Origin: an uncultured Spirochaetales bacterium | GTDB lineage: Bacteria; Spirochaetota; Spirochaetia; DSM-27196; DATKUC01 | Direction of reading: 5' to 3' | DNA length: 64,000 bases | Assembly (NCBI GenBank): GCA_964553615.1 | Contig: CAZKMA010000009.1 | Location: 17,864 to 81,863, forward strand | In this document: positions 46,765-57,318 of the stretch, piece by piece | Layout: the number at the start of each line of letters is the position of its first letter | How positions within the stretch are numbered: the stretch's first letter is position 1 | The notes under the pieces: model-generated | Seen by the model: only the letters and a program-made list of their open reading frames with translations | Told to the model about the DNA's origin: nothing | Databases searched by the model: none | Translations under genes and position numbers: made by a program

Positions 46765-47454
46765 ATGAAGCGATTACTCCTCAGTTGTATTATCCTCATG
46801 ACTTCAGTCGCAGGAGCCTGGGCAGGAGACGTCGCCTCATTTGTCAATCTTGGCTTTTCCCCGGACTCCCGGGTGTTCATGTTCGGACAGTACGGCCTCG
46901 ACGTGGACGGTGCGAAGCCTTTTGCCGAACTGTACGTTGTGAACGTGCCCTCCAATACGTTCGAACCCGACGGGGTAAAGAAGCGTACCTTCGACGTTCA
47001 GCTCTATCCCGGCCAGGATGGGAGCGGAGCGCTGTACACAATGCTCGAAGACAACGTGGGTCTTATCCGGAAATACCACATAGACCATCTGATACCCGGG
47101 CGCATCGTTTATCTTCTCGTCGACGGCCAGCAGCCAAAATCTCACATCGAGTTTCGCGACTTCAACACCGGCAACAGCTATGCCGTAGATCTGATCCAGC
47201 GCGCGCAAACAGTCGGGAAGCCGGTTGGAGCATCCTATCACATCATCCTGACCGCTCGCCTCAAAGACGGTACATCCCGGACACTGACCGTCGGGCTTCC
47301 CGGTTATGTCCGAGAGGGAGTCACCTCGTACCGGATTCGACAGATCATACTTTCGCCGGACGGAAAGTCTCTCATATTTATCGTGGACAAAGAGTATAAA
47401 TCCGACACCGGCAAGACAATCCGCTACATGGTCGAAACTGCAACGATAAAGTAG
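46765..47454 (+). CDS. DUF2259 family secreted protein
   Basis: Signal peptide, then [24 protein letters not shown] and YAELYVVNV. Confidence 0.85.
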   Translation: MKRLLLSCIILMTSVAGAWAGDVASFVNLGFSPDSRVFMFGQYGLDVDGAKPFAELYVVNVPSNTFEPDGVKKRTFDVQLYPGQDGSGALYTMLEDNVGLIRKYHIDHLIPGRIVYLLVDGQQPKSHIEFRDFNTGNSYAVDLIQRAQTVGKPVGASYHIILTARLKDGTSRTLTVGLPGYVREGVTSYRIRQIILSPDGKSLIFIVDKEYKSDTGKTIRYMVETATIK

Positions 47455-47497
47455 CTGCCAGACGCGGCGGCGAACGCGTTCCGACATTCAACCATCC

Positions 47498-47526
47498 TTG
47501 ACACGGCAATACCCTGCCTCTACAAT
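47498..47526 (+). promoter_or_regulatory. Near-consensus sigma70 promoter for proS
   Basis: TTGACA-17bp-TACAAT. Confidence 0.85.
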
Positions 47527-47557
47527 GCCCCAAATCTCGGAATACGGACGTCTACCC

Positions 47558-48997
47558 ATGGCTGAACAGATCACTCCCCGCGCAGAGAATTACTCTGACT
47601 GGTACATCGATGTTGTCCTTCGGGCACGGCTTGCCGATTACAGTCCCGTGAAAGGCTGTATGGTCATTCGACCCCAGGGCTATGCCCTGTGGGAGAAGAT
47701 GCAGGCGGCCCTGGATTCCATGTTCAAGGAAACCGGTCACCAGAACGCATATTTCCCGCTGCTCATCCCGGAAAGTTTCATGAAACGTGAAGCCGAACAT
47801 GTCGAGGGTTTTGCCCCGGAACTTGCGGTCGTTACCCACGGGGGCGGCGAAGAACTGGAAGAACCGCTGGTCATACGGCCCACTTCAGAGACCATTATCT
47901 GGAGCATGTACAAGAAATGGATCCAGTCCTACCGGGATCTTCCGCTGCTCATCAACCAGTGGGCAAATGTCCTGCGTTGGGAAAAACGGACGCGGCTCTT
48001 TCTGCGGACAACGGAGTTTCTCTGGCAGGAAGGTCACACCGCGCACGCTTCGGAAGAAGAGGCACGTGAAGAGACGCTTCGTATGCTCGAAGTCTACAAG
48101 ACCTTCGCGGAAGAGTACATGGCGCTCCCCGTCTACACCGGAGTAAAGACCGAGTCCGAGAAGTTTGCCGGAGCAGTCAACACCTATGCGATAGAGGCAA
48201 TGATGCAGGACAAGAAAGCGCTTCAGTCCGGCACTTCGCATTTTCTCGGTCAGAACTTCGCCCGGGCGTTCGACGTAACCTACCAGACAAAGGAAGGCGT
48301 TCTTGACCACGTGTGGGCCACTTCCTGGGGAGTTTCCACCCGGCTCATCGGAGCGCTCGTCATGGCACATTCGGACGACTCCGGTCTCGTCATCCCGCCG
48401 AAACTGGCGCCGGTACAGGCAGTCATTGTGCCCATCTTCAAGAACAAGAACAGAACTGAGGTCATTGAGTACGCATCCCGTCTCCACGCCGAGCTCAAGA
48501 CGAAGCTTTCCGTAAAGCTGGATGATGATGACAACAACTCCCCGGGCTGGAAGTTCGCCGAATACGAGATGCTCGGGATACCCGTCCGGATTGAAATTGG
48601 TCCTCGTGACATGGAATCCGGCACTGCAATGCTTGTGCGACGGGACACCCGCACGAAGGAGTCGGTGGAAATCGGCAGGGTCGGAGAGCGTGTTACGGAA
48701 CTGCTCGAACAGATGCAGACCGACCTCTTCGAGAAGGCCCGTGCGTTTCGGGATGAGAATACCTTCGACATCGCCGACTATGCAGAGTTCAAAGCAATGT
48801 TCGAAGGTGAAAGTGCCGGCGGTTTTACCCGGTCGCCATGGTGCGGAAGCCCGGAATGCGAAACGCAGGTCAAAGAGGACACACGGGCGACCATTCGCGT
48901 GCTCCCGTTCGGAAACGAGGAACAGGTCGGAGGCAAGAAGTGCATGGTGTGCGGTTCAGAAGCGCACCACATTGCGCTCTTTGCCAAGGCGTATTGA
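47558..48997 (+). CDS. proS: Proline--tRNA ligase, archaeal/eukaryote-type
   Basis: [54 protein letters not shown]-terminal FAKAY; no editing insertion. Confidence 0.97.
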   Translation: MAEQITPRAENYSDWYIDVVLRARLADYSPVKGCMVIRPQGYALWEKMQAALDSMFKETGHQNAYFPLLIPESFMKREAEHVEGFAPELAVVTHGGGEELEEPLVIRPTSETIIWSMYKKWIQSYRDLPLLINQWANVLRWEKRTRLFLRTTEFLWQEGHTAHASEEEAREETLRMLEVYKTFAEEYMALPVYTGVKTESEKFAGAVNTYAIEAMMQDKKALQSGTSHFLGQNFARAFDVTYQTKEGVLDHVWATSWGVSTRLIGALVMAHSDDSGLVIPPKLAPVQAVIVPIFKNKNRTEVIEYASRLHAELKTKLSVKLDDDDNNSPGWKFAEYEMLGIPVRIEIGPRDMESGTAMLVRRDTRTKESVEIGRVGERVTELLEQMQTDLFEKARAFRDENTFDIADYAEFKAMFEGESAGGFTRSPWCGSPECETQVKEDTRATIRVLPFGNEEQVGGKKCMVCGSEAHHIALFAKAY

Positions 48998-49028
48998 ATC
49001 GCCGTCGGGAAGTGCTATACTCAAGAGC

Positions 49029-49715
49029 ATGAGATTCGCGCACCCGAACGCTCGGTTTCTGGTCTTCATACTCGCGGTATCTTCGTTTGCGGCGTTCTTC
49101 GTTCCCCGTACATACGCATTGAACGTTGGCGACATAGACGCGCGGCTCGGACTGTTCTGGATCGGCAATGGGTACACCGTAGACGCCAGCGGCAATCCGG
49201 TTCAAAAGAGTGATGTGAGCCCACTTGCCGGCGGCGCGGGCATAGATCTCGGCTTTCACCTCTCGCCCTCGCTGACGCTTCGGCCGGCAATAGACCTGTT
49301 CGGCATCGAATACGCAATGACTACAAGCGGCAAGGTGGTCCCAACTCAGATTGAAAGCGCAGATGCGCTCCTCATGCTGAACGTCCTCATCTCGGCCCCG
49401 CTCACCATGACCTTTCCTATTGCGGATAAGCTGCAGCTCTCTGCCGGAGTTTCACCCAGTGTGCTTCTCCGTATACCGACAATCGGGTACGGAAGTCCAG
49501 ACAGGGCTGCGATAACCGCTTACATGTATCAGTCGGCACGATTTTTCTATCCCGAAGCACAGATTGGTCTGAACTACCTGTTTACCCCGCGCGTTCAGTT
49601 CGGACTGATGCTTCGCACCCTTTTTCCCATCTTTCATTTCTGGGACGGCGAACAGGTTCCGTTCTGGGACCAGATGATTGCATCGGGAACGTTCTTCCTG
49701 CGCTTTATCCTGTAG
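49029..49715 (+). CDS. Hypothetical outer-membrane beta-barrel-like protein
   Basis: Signal peptide, alternating amphipathic strands, aromatic C-terminus (FFLRFIL). TGcTATACT lies 7 nt before the ATG. Confidence 0.65.
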   Translation: MRFAHPNARFLVFILAVSSFAAFFVPRTYALNVGDIDARLGLFWIGNGYTVDASGNPVQKSDVSPLAGGAGIDLGFHLSPSLTLRPAIDLFGIEYAMTTSGKVVPTQIESADALLMLNVLISAPLTMTFPIADKLQLSAGVSPSVLLRIPTIGYGSPDRAAITAYMYQSARFFYPEAQIGLNYLFTPRVQFGLMLRTLFPIFHFWDGEQVPFWDQMIASGTFFLRFIL

Positions 49716-49728
49716 CGGCAATTCACTC

Positions 49729-50955
49729 CTACCTGCCGGACCCGGCATATTCAGCCCGCGTCTTCCGCGTCCCGGCCAGGAGAAATCCAATAGTTCCTGA
49801 GACCACAACATCCAGAAGTGCACCAATGCTTACCAGAATGGGCCCTGCAGCCTGCAGGATGAGATATCCGTCCTCGAGCCCGCGCCCGTAGAACCGGGAA
49901 AGGAGGGAAAGCGACACCATTACGCCCATTCCGGGCACCGATCCGAGCAGAAATGATGTGAGAAACGTGAACAGAATGACCCACAGGAACTGCGCGAGTG
50001 AAAGTTCAAGACTCGAATAGGACCGGAGCACGAGTATGAAGGCAATGGCGGTAACCATGGCGGTTCCGCTGCGACAGAACACTGCGTTTATTGGGAATAT
50101 CACCGATCCCGCTTTCCTCGGTATGCCGAGTTCCTCGCCACCGATTCGTGTAAGCACTCCGAGCGAGAAGTAGCTATCGCGGGAGAACAGCGCGGCAAGT
50201 GCGGGAGCAAGCATGACATAGAGGAACTCCAGCGGATTCGTCTTTGCTCCGAAGAAATAGATGACGAGAGGAACGATGACAAGAACAACAACCGCGGCTA
50301 TGAAGATTACGGTAATAAATAGCTGCCGAAACATCTCGAGATCACCAAGCTGCCTGAGCTCGAGCAGCGAATACGCCGCGAAAGCAACGAAGCCAATGCC
50401 AATCAGATCGACAATGACGCGGTTTATCCGGTAGAAGATGCGCGACAAAGAATCGAATAGATCGGTGACCGGAGAGGTGTAGAGCCCGGCGGAATTGAGT
50501 GTCAGACCGATAATGAGGGCAAGTACGAGCACCGGCAGCAGGTACGTGGGGGACCCGAGCGCCTGCATGGCGTTTCCCGGAAAAGCCTCCAGAAGCAGCG
50601 CCCGAACCGTGGGAAGCTGCTGTTGAGTCGCCTGCTGAACAACAATCGGCACACGCTCGGGCGACAGTATGATTACCGTGAGCGCCCCGAGAAATGCAAG
50701 GCCCGCGGTAGCAATAACGATAGAGAGAACCGTCCGCCCGACCACCGGCAGAACCGCACGTTCCTCTTTCAACTCTCGCACTCCGGAGGCAAGACTGAAA
50801 AATACCATTGCGGAAACCGCATAGGTACCTATGTTCAGAACAACTTTTGCAATGTAGCGCAACAAGTCGAGAGTATCACCACCATACAGCGGCAGATACA
50901 ATCCCAGAAGGATACCCAGGATACCACCGGCAAGAAACCGCATCCAGATTTTCAT
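49729..50955 (-). CDS. Dicarboxylate/amino-acid:cation symporter (DAACS) family
   Basis: LLLEAFPGN, AALFSRDSYFSL, PINAVFCRSGTA, GSVPGMG; a divergent member. Confidence 0.8.
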   Translation of the reverse strand: MKIWMRFLAGGILGILLGLYLPLYGGDTLDLLRYIAKVVLNIGTYAVSAMVFFSLASGVRELKEERAVLPVVGRTVLSIVIATAGLAFLGALTVIILSPERVPIVVQQATQQQLPTVRALLLEAFPGNAMQALGSPTYLLPVLVLALIIGLTLNSAGLYTSPVTDLFDSLSRIFYRINRVIVDLIGIGFVAFAAYSLLELRQLGDLEMFRQLFITVIFIAAVVVLVIVPLVIYFFGAKTNPLEFLYVMLAPALAALFSRDSYFSLGVLTRIGGEELGIPRKAGSVIFPINAVFCRSGTAMVTAIAFILVLRSYSSLELSLAQFLWVILFTFLTSFLLGSVPGMGVMVSLSLLSRFYGRGLEDGYLILQAAGPILVSIGALLDVVVSGTIGFLLAGTRKTRAEYAGSGR

Positions 50956-50973
50956 GGGTGAACATTAAACCAT

Positions 50974-51630
50974 CTAGCGGACGAATGAGAAGAGCCCGGA
51001 TTTCCCGGTATACCTGAGCCATTTCCCGCGGGACCGCTCCGGCTTCTCCTGCGCTGCGGTCATGACGAATTGCGAAAACTCGCGAGGCTGATCACTCGCG
51101 GACTCGAATCCGCGCAGGAAAATCGGTTCGTTCTGGTAGGCCGCAAAAAGCTCGTCGCCGATCGACCGAAAAGCCGCTGCGGAAGACGCCTCCAGCGGCG
51201 AACCAAGGGACTCGGAGGGACGTTGAAATACCAGAGAGAGCGTACCACGTCGTTGCCGCATGAAATGCGCCAGTACCTCCTTCATGATAAACAGGTATCC
51301 TTTCACATCCGCATCGATTTTTGCCTCCATCTCTGCGGCGGTGAGCTCGTGAAACGGCCGAAACTTGTCTTCGGATGAATAGACAATGATCGCCTCATCC
51401 AGAGTACCAAGGACATTGACTGCTCGCAGAAGCACGGAGCGCGCCGACAGCGGGGAACGTCGATTCCACGGCGTAGAGCCGGCTGCATCTTCCGGCACAT
51501 CGAGCGAGGAGGGTCTATCCAGGTTCGAATCGAATGTTGTGAGCAGCCGCACCTTCAGATTCAGTCCTTCCTGAACGAGCGCGTCGATCAGGGCACTGTT
51601 TCTTCCGGCGATCAGGAGTTGTCGCGCCAT
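50974..51630 (-). CDS. Degenerate SDR/Rossmann-fold protein
   Basis: SDR-like pattern (GTLDEAII...NV-like KGYLFIMKEVL...RGTLSLV) without TGxxxGxG or YxxxK. ATG 51630 lies 7 nt after TTGACC-18-TACTAT. Confidence 0.65.
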   Translation of the reverse strand: MARQLLIAGRNSALIDALVQEGLNLKVRLLTTFDSNLDRPSSLDVPEDAAGSTPWNRRSPLSARSVLLRAVNVLGTLDEAIIVYSSEDKFRPFHELTAAEMEAKIDADVKGYLFIMKEVLAHFMRQRRGTLSLVFQRPSESLGSPLEASSAAAFRSIGDELFAAYQNEPIFLRGFESASDQPREFSQFVMTAAQEKPERSRGKWLRYTGKSGLFSFVR

Positions 51631-51656
51631 GGCAGGTATAGTAGCGGCATCAATCA

Positions 51657-54600
51657 TCACTGGTCAAGCAAATGGTCCACCCGAAAGCCGGACTCGGCCT
51701 CCATCTCGCTCCACTGCACAGCAATCCCTGCAATCCGTTTCATTTCGGGCGACTGCTCGGCGGCTGCTTGTGCCGGGGCCTCCGATTGCGCAAGAACACG
51801 GATCATCCCGACCATGGCGAGCGCCCAGCTCAGGATCTCGAAGGACTCCTTCTGAAACCAGATGGCACCTTCGAAGGTGTTGAACCCGAGAAATCTGGTA
51901 ACCTCGGCGTCTTCGCACAGATCCCGGAGAATATGCCGGGCAGCGTCGCGGACATTGCCGGATGCTGGCGAATCTCCTTCCACCGAATCGAACCAGGACT
52001 CGTGCCTGAGCAGAATGCGCAGCAGCGATTCATAACGCGGCGAGTTGAGTGCCTGACGATAGTTTTCTGCCATTACCGGGGTAACCGCTGCCGATATCCG
52101 CGATGGTATTTCCCAGTCATCCAGCATGGATGCGGAATCCACACAGAGATAGGCAAGCGGTGAGAGCAGTATCCAGCCGACAATTGCGGCAAGCAGTTGA
52201 GAGTTTTCCGGGAGCCCGTCGGCAAGAAGTGTCGCTGATGACGCAGTACAGGACCGCGCATAGGAAAGAGCATCCTCCGTTCGCCCACCAAGGTCTCCGA
52301 ACTCGACGGCACTCAGGAGGAAATTTTCGTACTTTTTGAAGAAGGGCTCAATTCGCTTCGGATCGAGGCCGTGTTCAAGAGAGCTGAAGATCGACTCGAT
52401 GCAGTCGCGCGCAAGCGCGGGTGCAAGCGGCGCGTACAGCGGTCGGTAGTGAATGTCCCTCAACGCGGCGTCTATATCGGGAACGCCATTTCCGGCAGCC
52501 TGCCGTTCCAGGGCACCGTAGAGCCCGGCTTCGGTGTCTTTCTCTTCACGAATCCCGGTAAAGACCTGGCACTGATATCCGGCAAGTCCCACATGAAGCC
52601 CCTTTTCGGCCAGCTCCGCGCTGTTCCGAATGAACCAGAGCCCCGTTCTATTTTCGAACAGGAGACAATAGTGGCTGGCATCTCGATGGAGGCCGAGGGT
52701 TTCGGACAGATCCTTCTGCACAAGCACTCGCTCTCCTGCTTCGTCTTTCTGTGCAAAAGCGGCACAGACGCGAATCCAGCCCCACGCTCTCTCATAGGCG
52801 TTGTTGTACAGAATGAGCGCGGACTCGTGACCGTGCCGGTTGGTGTAGGCAAAGACATTCTCGTTCACCGTTCCGTCGTTCGCATAAAGATCAAACAGCG
52901 AGAAGTTCTCCACTTCGGCAAACAGATAGCGCTTCTTGATGAGGGGAAAGATTTCACGTTCATGACGCGTCACAACCACGCTGTCGGGTTCCTCGGCCAG
53001 GTAGGAACGGCGATATTCCATCCCGTATTTCTCGGCGAACCCCTCAATCTGACCATGGCCGAACATGGGAAGTCCCGGCATTGTTACGAGCATGGTGCAG
53101 ATACCGAAGTACTTATCCTCGCGACCGAACTGTGCAACGGCCGTCTCTTCGTCGGGATTGTTCATGAAGTTCACAAATCGTTTGAGGATGTTGCGGTCGA
53201 ACTCCAGGGTGTTCTTGATCGTCTCCCGATATTTGGCGTTTTCCTGATTCTTCAACATGTTCATGAACGCGCTGTTGTACACCCGGTGCATTCCGAGTGT
53301 CCGCACGAAATAGCCTTCCATCATCCAGAACGCCTCGGCGAGAAGAAGGGTGTCGGGGAGCTCGTTGCCTACCCGGTCGACGACCTCCCGCCAGAACTCA
53401 TTCGGCATTGCGCGGTTGAACTCATCTGCGGTAAGTCCGTGATCGGCACGGGAAGGGATATCTCCGCCGGTCCCGGGTTCAGGAAACCAGAGCCGATGAT
53501 AGTGTCGCCGGGCAAGCGTCATTGCCGCATCGAAACGAATGATGGGAAAGACCCGTGCAACATGCAGAATCGTGTCAATGACCGCATCCCGGGTTTCAGG
53601 ATTCAGGAAGTCCAGCTGTGCGGTGTCGTTCCACGGCATGTGCGTTCCGTCGTTGCCGTGGTAGATATAACGTATCTCCCCGGATCGATTGTCCACCCGC
53701 TTGAATACGACCGCTGCGTCGGTCCGGTCGAAGTAATGGTCTTCGAGGTAAACACCGATATCCGGGCCCCGTGAAAGATTCTCACCGCTGAAGGTATAGC
53801 CGGGAAAGGGCGGTTCTGAGACCTGAATGAACCGCTCGGGGTGCTGGTCAATCCAGGTGCTGTCAATTCCGGTATGGTTGGGTACCATGTCGCTTGCAAG
53901 TCGGATACCACGCGCCGCACAACGGGTCTTCAGAGTCTCGAGCGCATCCCATCCGCCGAGCTCGGCGGCAATCTCGTAGCCAAGGAGCGAATATGCGGAA
54001 CCTTCGGCCTCGCCGTTTCCCATCTTTCGCTTGATGCGCCGGGATGCGGGGCTTCGCTCCCAGATACCGATGAGCCATAGAGCCGTAAAGCCCCAGGACG
54101 CAAGCCGATCGAGATCTCGATCCGGAATCTGGTCGAGCGTCCGTATTTCCCTGCCGTGCTCTCGAGAGAGCTGATAGAGCCAGACCAGGATGTTCTTGGC
54201 TATCATTACAACCCGCGGCATCCATTCACGATCCTGGCTGAACCGCTCGAGTTCGGCCTCCTGTCCTCCGAACTGATAGACCTTTGTTTCCCCGGGACCC
54301 GGTCCGGCAAAGAATCCCTTCTGGTCCTCTTTGAACAGATCGAGTCCCCGCAGAACCTTCAATACCAGGTCCCCAAGGTAAGTTCCCCAGTTCTGCCGAA
54401 TATATCGCAACTGTCCTTCGAGAGAATCAGGCTCGTGGCGGGCGGGCTCCAGCAATAGATCCAGAAGCGGAGCCGTATCTGCGGCGGATAATGAAGCGAC
54501 CATGCGTTCCATTTCAGCCATGACCCGGTCATAACCGGGAAGACTGCTGGTGGAATCCACGGAAAGCAGCTCCTCGAATCCGAGAAAGGCCGGATTCTGG

Positions 54601-55115
54601 TTTTCTATCCAGAGCAGAAACAGCTCCTCCAGTGCAAGCACGCGGCCGGATTCGCCGGATTCGACCGAATCGAGATACGCGTCCGTCGTCAGCAGTTCTC
54701 TGTACACATCCGCCGGCGGAAACTCATCGGTAAAGCCATGCAGCACTGCATCGACCTCTTTCCTGCCGACAGTGGCGTACAGCTCGTCGAGCAGGTGTTC
54801 GAACAGTCCGGTTTCATGGTCTTCCCTGTAGCGCAGCAGAAGATGATGAAAGAGCTGGTCCATGAGCCCGAGCGCATTGACCGATGACACGTGGACAACG
54901 CGCTCGGGATTGACGGTGACATCTCGATGCCGGTTCATTGCGTGCACGAGATCACGAATGGATTGTATCCGGGATGAAATCTGATTGCCGGTAGAACTGA
55001 ACAGCGCGTCATTGAACCCGTAGGTTTCCCGTGCTGCGCGGGAAAGATTGAATTCCCGCGGCCGCTGAGTTCGCTTCCTGCGACCGCCTGAGTCCTTCCT
55101 GCTGTTGCTGTTCAT
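51657..55115 (-). CDS. Large alpha-amylase family (GH13) protein
   Basis: DMVPNHTG, WNDTAQL, IRFDAAMTL (nucleophile), LLAEAFW (acid/base), FMNNPDEE. ATG 55115 overlaps the malQ stop; 55136 is an alternative. Confidence 0.9.
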   Translation of the reverse strand: MNSNSRKDSGGRRKRTQRPREFNLSRAARETYGFNDALFSSTGNQISSRIQSIRDLVHAMNRHRDVTVNPERVVHVSSVNALGLMDQLFHHLLLRYREDHETGLFEHLLDELYATVGRKEVDAVLHGFTDEFPPADVYRELLTTDAYLDSVESGESGRVLALEELFLLWIENQNPAFLGFEELLSVDSTSSLPGYDRVMAEMERMVASLSAADTAPLLDLLLEPARHEPDSLEGQLRYIRQNWGTYLGDLVLKVLRGLDLFKEDQKGFFAGPGPGETKVYQFGGQEAELERFSQDREWMPRVVMIAKNILVWLYQLSREHGREIRTLDQIPDRDLDRLASWGFTALWLIGIWERSPASRRIKRKMGNGEAEGSAYSLLGYEIAAELGGWDALETLKTRCAARGIRLASDMVPNHTGIDSTWIDQHPERFIQVSEPPFPGYTFSGENLSRGPDIGVYLEDHYFDRTDAAVVFKRVDNRSGEIRYIYHGNDGTHMPWNDTAQLDFLNPETRDAVIDTILHVARVFPIIRFDAAMTLARRHYHRLWFPEPGTGGDIPSRADHGLTADEFNRAMPNEFWREVVDRVGNELPDTLLLAEAFWMMEGYFVRTLGMHRVYNSAFMNMLKNQENAKYRETIKNTLEFDRNILKRFVNFMNNPDEETAVAQFGREDKYFGICTMLVTMPGLPMFGHGQIEGFAEKYGMEYRRSYLAEEPDSVVVTRHEREIFPLIKKRYLFAEVENFSLFDLYANDGTVNENVFAYTNRHGHESALILYNNAYERAWGWIRVCAAFAQKDEAGERVLVQKDLSETLGLHRDASHYCLLFENRTGLWFIRNSAELAEKGLHVGLAGYQCQVFTGIREEKDTEAGLYGALERQAAGNGVPDIDAALRDIHYRPLYAPLAPALARDCIESIFSSLEHGLDPKRIEPFFKKYENFLLSAVEFGDLGGRTEDALSYARSCTASSATLLADGLPENSQLLAAIVGWILLSPLAYLCVDSASMLDDWEIPSRISAAVTPVMAENYRQALNSPRYESLLRILLRHESWFDSVEGDSPASGNVRDAARHILRDLCEDAEVTRFLGFNTFEGAIWFQKESFEILSWALAMVGMIRVLAQSEAPAQAAAEQSPEMKRIAGIAVQWSEMEAESGFRVDHLLDQ

Positions 55116-57106
55116 TTGTTCTGGTTCTCCTTCCATGACACACTCCTTTCCCGGCGCCGGAAAACAGTCTCCCGTACGAAATTGCACCATTCGCCGAACT
55201 GCTCCAGCTCTTCGAGCCGGACAGGAATACGATAGGTCCAGTTTACGTCGTTGTAGGTTCCGGGCACATTTACCCGTTCGTCTTCAGCTTTCGGCACCCG
55301 AAGATTCTCGCTTGCGGCCAGGAGGTCCTGAATCTGGAATATGCAGATTGCCGAACCGGCATCCAGCACGGCACGGGTAACAACGCGGGCGGTCGCCACA
55401 TCATACGTGTCAGGGCAGGCGCCCTTCAGGCCAATGGACTTCCAGAACAGTTTCCGGCTTGGGTCGGCCTTCCACCACTCTCGCATGGTCGCTGTGTCGT
55501 GGACCGAAAGTGCGCAGACAGTGAGAAAGGGGTAGTCCATGGGTTTTGTATAGGGCTGCCCCTCTTCGCTCCACCTGCGTGCCCAGCGCGGAATCCTGAG
55601 CCCGAGAATGCCAAGGTCTTCCAGTACCCGTGGCACGCTCTCCGGAATTACTCCGAGATCTTCGGCACAGGTAAGCATGGGTACCGTGGTATTCATGAAT
55701 GAGAGCAACCGACGTCCCTGCTGTTCCCATATGACCTCAGAACGGGTTCCATTCTCGGCCACAATGGACTCGAATTGTTCCTTCTCCTCGTCGAACAGAC
55801 CATCGTACCTGCTGCACTCCCTGAACTTCCACGAGGGGGCGAATGTGTCTGGGCCAGTCCTTAAGAGCGCCCGATCACGAAAGATGCTGAGCAACTCATC
55901 CCGCACCTCCGGACTGACCGGAAGCTCGGTAATGTCGCGTTCGCCCTGAATGGCGCTGGAGAAGAGAAACAGATCCTCGCTGCCGATGCGGAGGAAACAT
56001 CGGTCCATCAGTTCCGTATGCCCCTCGAGCAGCCGATCGACAGTCTCGCGCTCAATGTGTGGCTCAGAAAGCCAGCGTATCCGACCTGCGGTAAATCCTG
56101 CATTGAGAAGCTGCTCGGAGGTGATCTCCGCTGCGGGATAGAAATACCCCATGGTGCCACTTTCCTGTCGTGACGGGATTGCCCAGATGCGGAAAAAGCC
56201 GAGGACGTGGTCTATGCGATAGGCGTGGTAGAACTTGTCGGCCTGGCGCAGCCGATTCTTCCACCACGAATAGTCATCGGATGCGAGCGCATCCCAGTTG
56301 TACACCGGAAAGCCCCAGTTCTGACCAAGTTCCGAAAACATGTCCGGCGGAGCGCCGGCGCGCAGAGACAGGTTGAAAAAGTCGCGGTTTGCCCACACAT
56401 CCGCGCTGTCGGCGTCCATCAGAATTGGAAGATCGCCCTTCAGCAGAATTCCCATTGCCGAAAGCTCACTGGAAGCACGGGTCAGCTGCTGCTCGAGGCG
56501 CATCTGAACCCAGGCGTGAAAGTGAAGCTCTGAAGCGACACCCTCACTATCCCACATCCTCCGTATAGCCGCTCGATCCGGATCCCGGAGCTCGGTCCAT
56601 GTGCTCCACGGCCGCTGTTCGTTCTGATCCTTCAGGAAACGAAACGCTGAATACGCGCGGACCCATTCGTTCTTTGCCATCCATTCCGTAAGCTCCGCTC
56701 CTTCCCGGATCGAAGCCGCGCACTGGCTGAACACCTCGCTCAGCACCGCGCGCTTCGCGTCAAGCACTTCATTGAACCGCACCCGTTCGAACAAACTATA
56801 ATGCTCTCGGAGCGCCTCGACATGGAGAGACACCTCTTCGGAACAGTTTTCGAGTTCGGGCAGATCCTGAAGCCGAATGTAGATGGGGTGGAGAGCGAAA
56901 GCACTCATGGCACTGTAGGGAGAGCTCTGAGCGCCGGAATCGTTCACCGGGAGCAACTGGATGATCTCGAGCCCGACAGAGCTGCACCATCTGCCAAGCA
57001 GGGGAAGATCGGCGAACTCACCGACCCCGCAATTCGTTTCCGACTTGAGTGCGGAGACCGGAACGAGTACACCGGTATAGGAATGATCAAGGTCGGGGAA
57101 CTTCAT
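55112..57106 (-). CDS. malQ: 4-alpha-glucanotransferase (GH77)
   Basis: GVGEFADL, QLLPVND, SPYSAMSAFALHP, KGDLPI, GQNWGFPVY, YRIDHVLGFFRIW, CAEDLG, VHDT. Confidence 0.95.
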   Translation of the reverse strand: MKFPDLDHSYTGVLVPVSALKSETNCGVGEFADLPLLGRWCSSVGLEIIQLLPVNDSGAQSSPYSAMSAFALHPIYIRLQDLPELENCSEEVSLHVEALREHYSLFERVRFNEVLDAKRAVLSEVFSQCAASIREGAELTEWMAKNEWVRAYSAFRFLKDQNEQRPWSTWTELRDPDRAAIRRMWDSEGVASELHFHAWVQMRLEQQLTRASSELSAMGILLKGDLPILMDADSADVWANRDFFNLSLRAGAPPDMFSELGQNWGFPVYNWDALASDDYSWWKNRLRQADKFYHAYRIDHVLGFFRIWAIPSRQESGTMGYFYPAAEITSEQLLNAGFTAGRIRWLSEPHIERETVDRLLEGHTELMDRCFLRIGSEDLFLFSSAIQGERDITELPVSPEVRDELLSIFRDRALLRTGPDTFAPSWKFRECSRYDGLFDEEKEQFESIVAENGTRSEVIWEQQGRRLLSFMNTTVPMLTCAEDLGVIPESVPRVLEDLGILGLRIPRWARRWSEEGQPYTKPMDYPFLTVCALSVHDTATMREWWKADPSRKLFWKSIGLKGACPDTYDVATARVVTRAVLDAGSAICIFQIQDLLAASENLRVPKAEDERVNVPGTYNDVNWTYRIPVRLEELEQFGEWCNFVRETVFRRRERSVSWKENQNK

Positions 57107-57318
57107 AGCACAAACCTCTCGAGCCCGAAAATGGGACGGACGTTCACAATTGTCCGGGAACAATGGTCGCCCGGGTCGTCATTGAGAGCCAAGCATGAGG
57201 AAACGACTCAGAGGATGAACCAGTTCTTTCTGAGCCATCTTGACTTCATGCATATGGTTACTATAGCAAATAGGACATCATTGTTGTAGAATGCCGCAAA
57301 CACGCAGGAGGGAGTGCT

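Noticed and set aside
47558-48997. Archaeal/eukaryote-type ProRS as a horizontal-transfer novelty
   Set aside because: This type is well documented in several bacterial groups, including spirochaetes.
52371-53774. 467-aa plus-strand ORF
   Set aside because: Entirely antisense to the GH13 gene, with no recognisable motifs; a typical GC-rich shadow ORF.
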